From Octopus vulgaris (Eukaryota), in the NCBI GenBank assembly GCA_951406725.2, contig OX597818.1, forward strand, positions 96,968,001 through 97,032,000: a DNA stretch of 64,000 nucleotides, given 5' to 3'. Of this stretch, positions 23,825 to 35,752 are shown piece after piece. How positions within the stretch are numbered: the first letter of the stretch is position 1; the number at the start of each line of letters is the position of its first letter. The position numbers were made by a program, and so were the translations under genes. The notes under the pieces are model-generated. The model saw nothing but the letters and a program-made list of their open reading frames with translations, had not been told where the DNA came from and ran no database searches.

Positions 23825-24983
23825 CTGAAATTAATCAATGTTCTATATTTTACATATGATGATTTCCAAAAAATTGAAATTTAGTTGACATAAAATTCAT
23901 ACAAAGCTGTAGGTAGACAACCACGAGGGAAATGAATCATCAGCTGAAAGGTAGGCAGATGGCATCCTGACACTAGCTAAGAAGGTATTTATGTCTGTAG
24001 GCCTTTAAAACAATTAGCAAAAGTTTGGTACATATAACCAAACCATGCCCTCTTGTGAGATGGTCGACTGTACTTTTGGTCTCAGTCATATATTCCACTT
24101 AGCAATAAACAAATACTACAGGATGATGCAATTCACTGCTGAGAGCAGCAAGACTGCTAAAGTTGATAAGCATTTTCAGTATACCTTAAGTGCAGACACA
24201 GATATGTGGTTGACAAGACGCTTCCCAACGATGTGGTCTCAGGATCACTCCCACAACGTGGCACTTTAGGCATGTATCTTCTACTACTTGGTAGACAAAA
24301 AAAAAGATGAAAGAAACATGTATGTATGTATGCATCCATGTATGTATGTACGTATAGAATGACAAAGTAATAAACAATTATGTGATGAACTTTGTTCATC
24401 TTCTAGCTGTTTCTGGTATACGGTGCAATGCACTCATAGTTGAGTGTTTGGGTTTCGCCCTAGAGCTTCACTGAAGCTTGATTTGGCAGAGCTTCTACGG
24501 CTGGATGCCCTTCCTAACGCCAACCAATCTGAGAGTGTAGTGGGTGCTTTTACGTGCCACCGGCATGAGGGCCAGTCAGGCAGTACTGGCAATTGTCACG
24601 GAAAATCGTGTTTTTTCATTTTTTTATGTGTCACCTGCACACCAGCACAAGTGCCAGTAAGGCAACGCTGGTAACGATCACATACAGGTATTGACACGAA
24701 TGACTAAAACATTTGCTGGCAGTGCTCCTCTATGGCCACAATCACTATACATGAGTGTGAGACCCAATTTTGACCATAGGCTCAGGAACAGGGGGCACAG
24801 GGAGTGCAAGTGCACTATCTACAATTCTTATGGTGCAATGTAAACACTTTGAAAGTTTTGGGTTGGAGCAGGGTTAGCATCTAATAAGCAAATTTCATTC
24901 CTACACATATAGCTTTGACTGCCAGTTCCAACAATGTAACATTACAATAAGACCTCCTTTAATGAAATCCTTAATTTACTCAC

Positions 24984-25133
24984 CTCTTTCATGCTCAGTT
25001 CCAATTCTTTCTGCTTTTTCTTTTGTTGAATGGCTGCAACACGTTTTCTGAGACGATTTTGAAACTGTCGTTGGCGGACTTCTTTCTCTTGTTGCCGTTT
25101 TACATTTTTCTCTTCTTCTTCAACAGCCAACAG
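24984..25133 (-). CDS. CCDC15: CCDC15-like exon ([50 protein letters not shown])
   Basis: 150 nt, phase 0-0, ag|CTG and GAG|gtgagt. Charged coiled coil resembling the CCDC15 motif IEEE..QEALKHFQKQVKYRV..KKQQLQKS. Confidence 0.8.
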
Positions 25134-25422
<289 letters not shown>

Positions 25423-25597
25423 TCCTTACACATCTCACGGCTGTTTTCATTCCTCAACTTCACTCTGTATTTCATATCTTCGCTATAATAACTCTGATGA
25501 AGGGATAAATAAAATACCCTGGAAACAGCTGTTAGATCTTTTTATAAATGTTCTGAAAACTATTCACAGCATTGGATTTTTTTATCTCATTCTGTTA

Positions 25598-25664
<67 letters not shown>

Positions 25665-25674
25665 TGTATGTATA

Positions 25675-27395
25675 TCATCATCATCATCATCATTTAACGT
25701 CCGCTTTCCATGCTAGCATGGGTTGGACGAATGACTGAGGGCTGGCGAACCAGGTGGTTGCACCAGGCTTCAATCTTGATCTGGCAGAGTTTCTACAGCT
25801 GGATGCCCTTCCTAACACCAACCACTCCGAGAGTGTAGTGGGTGCTTTTACGTGCCACCGGTACTGGACCTCACTCGAATCTTTTTACACATGCCACTGG
25901 CACAGATGCCAGTAAGGTGATGCTGGTAACGATCACACTCGAATGGTGTCTTTTACGTGCCACCGGCACGGAGGCCAAATAGCTACTTTGGCAATGATCA
26001 CGCTCGGATGGTGCTCTTTAAGGCGACGCTGGTTACAATCACACTCCAATGGTGCCTTTTAAGTGCCACTGACATGGAAGCCGCTTAGCCACTCTGTCAA
26101 TGGTCACACTCATATGGTGCTCTTTGCACCCCGCTAGCACGGATGCCAGTCATCAAATTTGATTTTGATTTTTGATTTTTGATTTCACTTGCCTCAACAG
26201 GTCTTCGCAGCAGAGTTTTAGTGTCCAAAGAAGGAAAAGGTACGCATAAGTGGGATGGTAACGCCCCTGGCATAAGCCACAAGATTATGGTCTCATTTGG
26301 CTTGCCAGGTCTTCTCACGCACAGCATATTTCCAAAGGTCTCGGTCACTAGTCATTTCCTCGGTGAGGCTCAAAGTTCAAAGGTCATGCTTCACCACTTC
26401 ATCCCAGGTCTTCCTCTTCCTGGGTCTACCTCTTCCACAGGTTCCCTCAACCGCTAGGGTGTGGCACTTTTTCACACAGTTGTCCTCATCCATTCTCGCT
26501 ACATGACCATACCAGCGCAGTCGTCTCTCTTGCACACCACATCTGATGCTTCTTAGATCCAACATTTCTCTCAAGGTACTTACACTCCGTCGAGTATGCA
26601 CACTGACATTACACATCCATTGGATCATACTGGTTTCGTTCCTTGCGAGCTTACACATCTTCTCAGCAGTCACAGCCCATGCTTCACTGCCATGTAGCAT
26701 GGCTGTTCGTACATATGCGCCATACAGTCTACCTTTTACTCTGAGCGAGAGGCCTTTTGTCACCAGCAGAGGTAAGAGCTCTCTGAACTTTGCCCAAGCT
26801 ATTCTTATTCTAGCAGCTACACTTTCAGCGCACCCTCCCCCACTACTGACTTGGTCACCTACATAACGGAAGCTATCAACTACTTCAAGTTTTCTTCCCT
26901 AGAATGTGGCGGAAGTTGTTATCTGCACATTTTCAGTGTTTATTGCTCCTGAGCATCTGCCACATACAAAAACTATCTTCCCCGTTAGCCTCCCTTTGAT
27001 ATTACTGCATCTCTTATGTGTCCATAGCTTACACTGGGTACATCTTATAGAGTTTCTACCTATGCCTCTACTACAGATTGAGCAGGGCCATCTACCTGAA
27101 GGGATTTGTGGTTTGCCTGCCTTTCTACTTATTAGGACTTTGGTTTTAGCTAGGTTAATTCTAAGGCCCTTCGATTCTAATCCTTGTTTCCACACCTGAA
27201 ACTTCTCTTCTGGTTCTGATAGTGACTCAGCAATTAGAGCAAGGTCATCAGCATAGAGGAGCTCCCAGGGGCATCCTGTCTTGAATTCCTCCGTTATTGT
27301 CTGGAGGACTATGATAAATAGGAGGGGGCTGAGAACTGACCCTTTGTGGACCCCTACCTCTACCCTGAATTCTTCAGTGTACTCGTTGCCAACTG
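25675..27395 (-). mobile_element. 5'-truncated RTE LINE (RT C-terminal half, ORF2 end, 3'UTR)
   Basis: ELLYADDL near 27250, GLRINLAKTK, GSEAW, LRWYGHVARM, RGRPRK and a (GAT)n tail. Confidence 0.92.
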
Positions 27396-29290
27396 TGTAA
27401 AATAATGCAATCTTCTCATCAGGACAGAAAGAGAACCTATCTCAACAACAAGACATTATAACAATTTTGATGACTGCATAAATGATAAACAGAATGCTAT
27501 TAAGTATTTTAAAAAAACTGTTAGTAGATCTGACGTCAAAGGCAGACCCTAGGAAGAGAAGGGGTAAAGAAATATTAAGTAGAGAACAAATAAAGAGGGA
27601 TATATTGGTTAAAAAAATGTTCAAAGGCTTGGAAGTAGATTTCTCTATTGAAGTAAAGTGCAACTATACAGACTGGTAAAAATCACTTATATGAGCTAAA
27701 GGTATGTTTCTGCCAGTGCTTACATTTGTAAGATCGCTCTATATGTGTGTTAACAAGACAACAATAAAGATTTTAAGTTAGATTGGTTCATCCTGTCCAT
27801 ATCTTTCCCTTATGATAAGGGCAAAGGATTTTGTAACATTTGCAACTCTGAACTCTTCCATATTCTCTTCTCTAAGAATCCTTCATTTTCAATATCATCT
27901 TTTCCACTTTATTTTATTCCAATTTTCTCTTTCCGTATCTCCAGTTATCTTTCCCTCCCCTCTGATGTACATCTTTGCTTTGCCATTTCTCAACTTTTAA
28001 TGCACTTTTATATCAGTCACTCGCTCCCCTCTCACCCTTTGTCCCCATTCACTATAACCAACCCTAAGAACCCCTGACCTCCATCTGTCGATGTACATAT
28101 CTCTCTCTTCCTCTGCTCCACCCTCCCTCCTCCCACATCATCTCACTATTTGATGATCGATCTGCAGACTTATTATATTCCTGTTTAACTTTTTAAGAAC
28201 GACCCTATCCTTTTATATAACTATTTCTCTCTTTGACCAGGATGCAGGTATGGCTGTGTCGTACGAGGCTTGCTTAACAGTACTGTCCCACCTTCAGCAA
28301 GTGTCTTCTTCTATAGACCAGGGCTGATCAAAGCCTTGTGAGTGGATCTGGTAGAAAATGAAAGAAGCATGGATGGATGAATGGACACATGCATGCATGC
28401 ATGTATCCTTTTATATGATTGTCCTCCCCCACTACTTGAAAACCAGCATTGGTTTGTTTACATCTTGCGATTTGGCAGGATTTAAAATATTGCCAATAAA
28501 AGCACACACGCTGATTATATTTTACTTCAACTAAATCACACTTTAAAAAAATTAGTACTGTGGTTGATTTGTTCAACTCAATTCTTCAAGGCAGTGCCCC
28601 AGCATGAGCGCAGTCTAATAACTGAAGCAAGTGAAAGATAGATGTTAAGCAAATACTAGCATATATCAATTCATTTCTCTATTTCTTCCTGAAACAACTG
28701 TTGTCCTCTTCTTCTCTAGTCATATTCTCCTCTTCTAATTCTTTTATGGGGAAAATTACTGGGGATCCTTTTGGCAGCATAAAGATAACAATTGTCTCTT
28801 CTCTTCTGATAATTCTTTCAAGAACTGGGAATTTTTTTTTTTTTTGTTTTTTAAATTTTCTTACTAGTCTTTTTCTTCTCTCTCTCTCTCTCTTTCTCCA
28901 TATGTGTGTTTTACTAAGAATACAAAAATAATTTCTTCATTCTGCTAATTCTGGTACATTAACTTCCTTTTTTAGTGAGACTTCCTTATATTTGTGCATT
29001 ATCTGTTTCTTTATTACCCACAAGGGGCTAAACATAGAGGGGACAAACGGATTGAGTTGATTACATCGACCCCAGTGCATAACTGGTATTTAATTTATTG
29101 ACCTCGAAAGGATGAAAGGCTACGCATTTCGCCTGGCGTGCTAAAGGTTCTGCCAGCTCACTGCCCTAGTTCCTTATATTTGTGTATTATCGTGTGTGTG
29201 CGCGCACTCTCATGTTGTAAGCCATCTATCTCTTGGTTTATCATAGTATCATATAACAAAGATAATCATATCTATTTTTTGTTTTTGTTT

Positions 29291-30051
29291 TGGGATTTGG
29301 TTTGCAAGATTCTCTATGTGAGTTCGTGTGTTGAAGCATATTCTGTTGTGTCTGGGGAGAGTCATTTTCTTTTTGTGGTTTATAATTTAACACACTCACC
29401 GGTAAAATTTCCACTTATTTCTTATTTTCATTTTCCTAAAATTTTTGTTGCATCTAGCAACCTTTTCAATGCAGTCAAGATTATTGAAAAGGTTGCAAGA
29501 CGCAACGAAAACTTTAGGAAAATAAAAATAAGGGATCTTTTCGGTTTGAACGGCAGTTTTTTCTAGCAGTGTTATATGAAATTGTCACCCATAATTATGA
29601 CCCTAGTATCGATCTATTGCATTTCAATCTGTTTTAGGGTTAGTTATGGTTAGTTAGGGTTAGGGTGGGGGGGAAGGGTAACTTTTTTCTTCACAAATGT
29701 AAATAACCCAATCTGTTTCTTAAACGAGGGACATATTCATACGGCACAGAATATTTTTTAACTCAATAGACGTCACTGATTGGTTGAAATTGCAGAAATT
29801 GAAGAAAAAACAACAAATATCTTACAAACCATAGAATTTTCTCAATAAAGCCAAGAGAAAAAGATGTTTTATAAACACATTCTACCAGTATACAAAGTTT
29901 AAAATTTTTTAGTTACCTGGAAATTATGTTAAAAACTGCCGTTCAAACCGAAAAGATCCAAAATAAGAAATAAGTAGAAATTTTACCGGTGAATGTGTTA
30001 AATTTATAAGGCACAAAAAGAAAATGACTCTCCCCAGACACAACAGAATAT
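29291..30051. mobile_element. Second copy of the fold-back element, interrupted by a MITE
   Basis: Inverted arms about 29338-29470 and 29483-30051 after removing the MITE at 29533-29959. Confidence 0.6.
29533..29959. mobile_element. Third copy of the Merlin-like MITE
   Basis: Same TIRs, perfect TSD AAAATAAG. Inserted inside a fold-back element. Confidence 0.85.
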
Positions 30052-31351
30052 CTATACATGTTGCTTTTCTTATGAAGTCTTATTCCACAACCGGTTCCTA
30101 ACGCAGTCATTTCATATTTATCTCCCTTGCATTAAGAAACTGAGAACATTTAAGCGCTCGCTTCGTCTTCTTGATTACCCCAAATACACATCTAGGAGAC
30201 ATGTGACTTCTTTGAAGGACAAATCAAGAAAAATGTACACTAATATTTACACTGGAGAGACAAGGTTCCTTTTGTCATAGTGAAAGGGACCCAGCTGGGC
30301 GAGAGACTATTTCAGAATATAAGCAATGTAAGTTGAAGAGATTGCTTCTTTCAGAAAGACAGACAGAAAACAGGAAGAACATCGTTGTTTTTTGTTATTA
30401 GTAAATCGAGTGTAGACGATGGAGGTATAGTCTAAGCAGGAAAATGGGGCTGGTGCAAGAATTAAATTGAGACAATTAAACTGAATAATTATTTCTAATT
30501 TTGAGACAAGACAAAGGAACTTTTTAGGGAAGTGGAAGTCAATTATATTTACCCCAGAGCTCAACTGGTACTTATTTTATCAGCTCTGAAAGGACGAAAG
30601 GTAAAGTTGACCAGTTTGGGGGAAGAGGTAAATTGGTTACCTCAACCCCAGTATTCAACTGGTACTTATTTTATCAACATTGAAAGGATGAAAAGCAATG
30701 TTGACCCCCAACAGCATTTGAACTCAGACAATAGGGTCAGAAGAAATACTGCTCAACATTTTTTCTGACGTGATAATAATCCTGCCAGTTTGCCACCTTA
30801 GGCGCTCACTATATTAAAAATTCTTAGAATCTATGCCTATCTGGAGAAAACAACAGGAAACTACTCCTATTTACTTAACTATATGATGTGGATACTTGTG
30901 TAGGAAGTTTCATTTTTGTATTTGTTTTGATGAGAAAGTATATGTTGAAACTAGTAGTGTTGTATTTTAGGTGGGTCATATTGCCAATAAAAGCACACAC
31001 ACACTGATTATATTTCACTTCAGTTTTATTACTAGTCAGTTAGATAAATAATCAATTTTTTAGTTGATTAATTTGTCAAAGTTCCTCTATGAGAAAAAAT
31101 TGCATGTGCAGAGCCTTTGAGTAAGGGATGCAAGGGGGGACATCATACCCAAATCTCAGAAAATGTTTTTATATAGTGAAAGGAAGGGGTGTTACCACCA
31201 CCACTCAGCCCCACAAAAAATAGGGTCCTACCCTTGATAAAATTCCTTAGTATAGTAGTGTTAGAGGCAAACTGCCAGAGATCTAGACCTTTAGATGAGC
31301 CTAATTTATGGGAGTAATTATTAGTCACAGCATCTATGAAATAAATTCAGT

Positions 31352-31528
31352 CAGTGTTTCTCAACCATCTGATGTGTAAAAAATCCTATTATATTTTTAT
31401 AATTAAATATTATTAATAATTGTATAAAAAAATTTGTGAAAATATTTCATGTATTGTAAAAGTATAAACAATTTATAACAAAATCTTATATGACATCCAA
31501 AGGCCATATGGACGGTTGAGAACCACTG
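31352..31528. mobile_element. Short hAT-like MITE
   Basis: CAGTGTTTCTCAACC ... GGTTGAGAACCACTG termini. Confidence 0.6.
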
Positions 31529-33083
31529 ATTCAGATGGTTTCTTGACTATTGATTTCAATTTTGGCACATCAACAATTTTGGGAAAGAGGCTAAGTCAAT
31601 TAGAATGACCCCAGTGCTCAACAGGTACTTACTTATCAACCCCAAAAGGATGATAGGCAAAGTCAACCTCGGCAGAATTTGAACTCAGAATGTAAAGGCG
31701 AATGAATTGTTGGGTGTGCTAACGATTCTGCCAGCTCACCATCTTTGAATATTCTTTTCTACTCTAAGCACAAGGCCAGAAATTTTGGGGGAGGGGGGCC
31801 AGTCAATTAGATCGACTCCAATACACAACTGGTACTTGATTTATCGACCCCGAAAGGATGAAAGGCAAAGTCAACCTTGGCAGAATTTGAACTCAGGATG
31901 TAAAGACATGCTAACATTTCTGCTGACTTGCCGTCTTACCATCTTTGAATATTGCTAACAGTTTTTTTATTATTTAAGTGCTTTTTGAGTGCCACTGTCA
32001 TACAAGCAATTCATTTCTAGTATTCTGAGAAAATGTCTAGCTATGGAGAAATATTACCTTGTTTGGAAATAAGTGAAAGGTGGTGACAGGGGCATCTGGA
32101 TGTAGAAAATCTGCCTCACTAAATTTCATCTGGCCCATACAAGAATGGGAAATTGGACGTTAAAACAATAACGATATAAAGTTTTTCTAGTCATACAGAA
32201 GGCATGCTGTTTGAAGAATACGTTAGGTATATTGTTGCATGATGGTAATGTTAGGTGGTAGTGAATGTGCCCCTTGCACTGCCTTATCCATGTCTTGCAC
32301 ATGTCAATGCTTTCTTGATATAGCTTGCGGCATGACTAAACACATAACATGGAGAAATAAACAGGAGTAATCTCCTATTGTTTTCTCTCAGCAAATATGG
32401 ATCCTAAGATTTTTTTTTAAAGTGATATAGTATATAAGTTGTGCAATGTGTATGACTGGTAATCTAGACAAGATGTTTAATTAATATGTATGTCTAATAC
32501 ATAATTACATTCAATGTTATTTGAAAAAAAGGTATGAGTTGAATTTACTCCAGTATTCTTTCGTTTTATGATCAGAAAATGAAGATGGAAATATTGACAC
32601 TATTTGGCAATGTATAAGCAAATGTATTGAATAAACTTCGCACCTTAAAAAAAAATTTAATTCTTTAGAAATCGATTTTACAATAAAAAAAAAAAAGCTT
32701 TCCAAATTTGTTATTTCCTATTCCCCACACCTGTAGAATATATTTGGTTTTAACTTTCTGCGAATTTTGTTCCAATTCTACGTTTAAAATACGGAGGAGA
32801 TAAATATTTTAATGCTGATTGCTCAAGATAATTTTCTACTTTCCTATAAAGATCATAAACCGAAAGAATAACATTTTTTCCTTTCCTGCTTTACGGTCAC
32901 AATGGGGGGGGGACTTAAATACTTTCTTTATTTCATACACACTCATTATTAACATCCACTTAAAATATTTACCCTCTATTTTTCTTTCATTTATGATCAG
33001 AAAATGGAAGTGGGACATGGACACTGTGCGACAATACCTAGATGGGCGTGTCGAATACAAACACATACATATATATATATATA

Positions 33084-33240
33084 TCTTCTTCGGCTGTCCG
33101 TCGTAGGTGGACGTTGACTGTTCTCGTTCGGAAATCATCTCTAGTATGTTTGCATGTGGGCTACAATGCCTGCTCTTGATTTGCAACAACGATGACATCT
33201 GCTTCACGTGATGCTACTTGGCACAGCGGAGAAGTGACGC
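33084..33240 (-). mobile_element. 3' tip of an RTE/BovB-like LINE with C2H2 finger
   Basis: *SRCHRCCKSRAGIVAHMQTY* followed by ..tacgacggacagccgaagaag tail. Confidence 0.55.
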
Positions 33241-33738
33241 CTATTACTCTAAACGAGAAGAACTATGTATTTTAGATGTTTATTTGGTAGTTTATTATCG
33301 CTTTAAAGATATCATGGGCAACCTGAAACTCGTGAGACTTTCTGAATGGCATGTCTAACGAAAAATTACCTTGAATGTTTTTAGTTGTGTAGCCCGCCTA
33401 ATGATGAGCCATATATCATGCGTCCCGCTTCTCGGAAAAGATAGCCATGTCTTCTTTCTAAGTTCAGTGAGAAGTGGGCGACAAGTCTCTTGAACAACTA
33501 ACACTCAAAACAATTGGGCCTTTAAGGCTTTAGCCAGCGAGAGATGTGATTATAGTTGTTTATTCCAGGTCAACCTTGATCGAGTATACTCTTAGTGATC
33601 CTGGTCTTTGTTGTTGTTTTTTGTTGGGAGATTTTGTTTGTTTGTTTTTTGGGGGGTTTTTTGCAGTCAAAGATACACTTAGTATGAAAACAAAACACTT
33701 GATTTAAAAGAAATTCTCTGAACAACTTTTGCACTCAC

Positions 33739-33837
33739 CCAAGCAGACTTTTTTTCACAGGTGTATCTGACTGCCCAAGTATTATTCGACGCAGGAGTAA
33801 TCCTCCCAGGAAAATCATAATTTATCGCATTCTTCAT
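33739..33837 (-). CDS. CCDC15: CCDC15-like gene, probable first coding exon (MKNAINYDFPGRITPASNNTWAVRYTCEKKSAW)
   Basis: ATG at 33837, 33 open codons, strong donor TGG|gtgagt, phase 0 matching the next exon. Lies 150-200 bp downstream of CCAAT/ETS motifs. Weak resemblance to the CCDC15 N-terminal IVPVGAW..AYLIEEE region as recalled. Confidence 0.6.
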
Positions 33838-33979
33838 TCCTCTACTTCGATGGGAAGATAAAATTTTGGAAACCTATTATTCTTACTATTGTGACTATCG
33901 CCGTTGTTTTAAAAAAGGGTTGTTTCCATTTGTTGCTACAACAAACCCTATTTAGTTAAATGGAATCAAACATGACATC

Positions 33980-34060
33980 TCGGCTTGTGATTGGTTGAAA
34001 ATGTTTTTAAAAACCGTCGTCTTGGATATTTTTGTGTTTTACTTCCGGTTGTCACTGCAC
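33980..34060 (-). promoter_or_regulatory. Candidate CCDC15-like promoter (CCAAT box and ETS-type CCGGAAGT)
   Basis: gtgattggtt near 33987 and acttccggt near 34041, just upstream of the ATG at 33837, in CpG-retaining DNA. Confidence 0.45.
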
Positions 34061-35239
34061 TGATTAACTTTTTAAGTAAACAAACTTAGTAAAACTATTT
34101 AATCTTTCCGATGTACAATCTTGAACGAAGGAAGAAAAAAGATTTTAAAATTTTAGTGTTTAACAAAATGAATGATAATGTTCCAAAAAAGAATTTAATC
34201 TGCGTGCCAAATTTCATTATTCCGAAAATTTGGTTCATACTGTTGTTGAATGATCTGAGGACTGCTTTCTGGTTCATGTTACTTATAGTCATGTAAAAGT
34301 CATTAACGTCGTAACATATTACTTGCCTCATGTCTGAAACTATGTATATATATATACATATAACGTTGTCAAATATGTTTGAAAATACTAACCTCCAGTG
34401 CAAAACGAACAAGAACACAGAGAAACGACGAACGTACTACAACCCAATAAAAAAATAAATAATTTTACAGGAGTGACTCTTTGCGTTTTATAGTATATTT
34501 CATGAACATAAAATAGCATACTTCAAAATTTTTGTAGATACGCGTGTAGTGCATTCGTAAAAATACTTTATTAATCAATTAAGGGGCCAGTGATTACTAA
34601 GACTAATTAAACTGCTTTTTATAGTAAATTTTATAACAAAGCGTCATATTTTAGAATCTTTGGAGATCTTTTGTACAGATTGGACAGTTTTACCCATACC
34701 TCATCATAAAGTACATCAGTATTTCTATTGATTCTGGAAAAAAGATTTCAATGGAATTTAATACTGCAATGAGGTAGACATGGATTTTAGCGTGCTACTG
34801 TGAGCGCTAATCCGACTAACTTCATTGTGACGCAAGAGCTTATAGGTGTGCGACCTGTAAGAAATAACAGCCAAATTTCCTTCATATCTCAGCCTATCGT
34901 CTTTAAAAAAGAGAAAGACATTTTGGGTAACTTAATCGTAGATACTTTGTACCAGAAATATGAACAAGAAGATCATGAATGGGACCTGGGACTAAACATC
35001 AACAACAAGGGTTCTTTTCAGTTTCAACTACCTCTTCTAACTTTACCGAAAACTTCTACACAGGTACAGTTTTTCATAGCAATTACGAAAATCACAACTA
35101 TTTCCCGGTAATTTTGCAAACATACACACAACCGACAAGGACGAGTGATTACAATACCCTGCTTTCGCTTACGCACGCAGGATAAAAAAAGTTACGAAAC
35201 TTAAGAGATAGAAATTTTTTGACTCTGAAACATTCAGTC

Positions 35240-35454
35240 ATAAAAATCCTTAAGTACCGGGACGTACCAGTGAACCATTTCTTCTAACAAATGGCGTCCT
35301 CGACGTTTGCAGGTGCTGGGCCGCTAACGGCGAAGTTCTTAATGAGATGTCAGGTGATGCCTGTGAGGGCGCTTGGCTTTTCCAACACCTTAGCCTCGCC
35401 ATCACCCGTGGTAATGCCGCAAGCGTGCTGGCTTGCTTTAGTAGGTTCCGTTGA
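35240..35454 (+). mobile_element. Decayed CRE-clade non-LTR retrotransposon 3' end (RLE C-terminus)
   Basis: KILKYRDVPVNHFF*QMASSTFAGAGPLTAKFL, then after a frameshift SGDACEGAWLFQHLSLAITRGNAASVLA, matching the CRE-type FQRLSxAIQRGNA terminus. Confidence 0.75.
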
Positions 35455-35609
35455 ACTTGTGGTATGCTACTAATTGAGGCACTTGGAGTTGAATTGAGTT
35501 TTTCCTTTCTTTTTTATTTTATTTTCTCCCGGTTTTGGATCTATATCTTTAGTATGGTTTTGCGTTATATTCCAATAAAATGTTATATGTATATTGCAAA
35601 TCTGAAGAG

Positions 35610-35752
35610 CCTAACCGAAAAGATACCCCGTAACCCTTAACCATAATCCAAAACCTGAACCCTACCCTATGTCTCTAATCCTAAACTGTAACCTTCAAGA
35701 CAAATCTAACCTTAAACCCAATCCTAACTATAAACTAAATCCAATACTAACC
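35610..35752 (+). repeat. Degenerate telomere-like (CCCTAA)n tract
   Basis: Runs of cctaac, taaccc, aaccct, atcctaa and acccaatcctaac with about 6-nt periodicity. Confidence 0.6.

Noticed and set aside
25845-26140. Repeat-spacer pattern resembling a CRISPR array
   Set aside because: Variable parts are only about 10 nt, the units are part of a multi-copy LINE 3'UTR, there are no cas genes, and the context is eukaryotic.
27420-28930. Lys/Glu-rich short frames suggesting a coding relic
   Set aside because: Low complexity, interrupted, and no motif I can recognise.
32222-32402. Possible extra CCDC15-like exon on the - strand
   Set aside because: Weak donor (gtattc), stops in other frames, and no recognisable homology. 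The exon at 33739-33837 already joins in phase.
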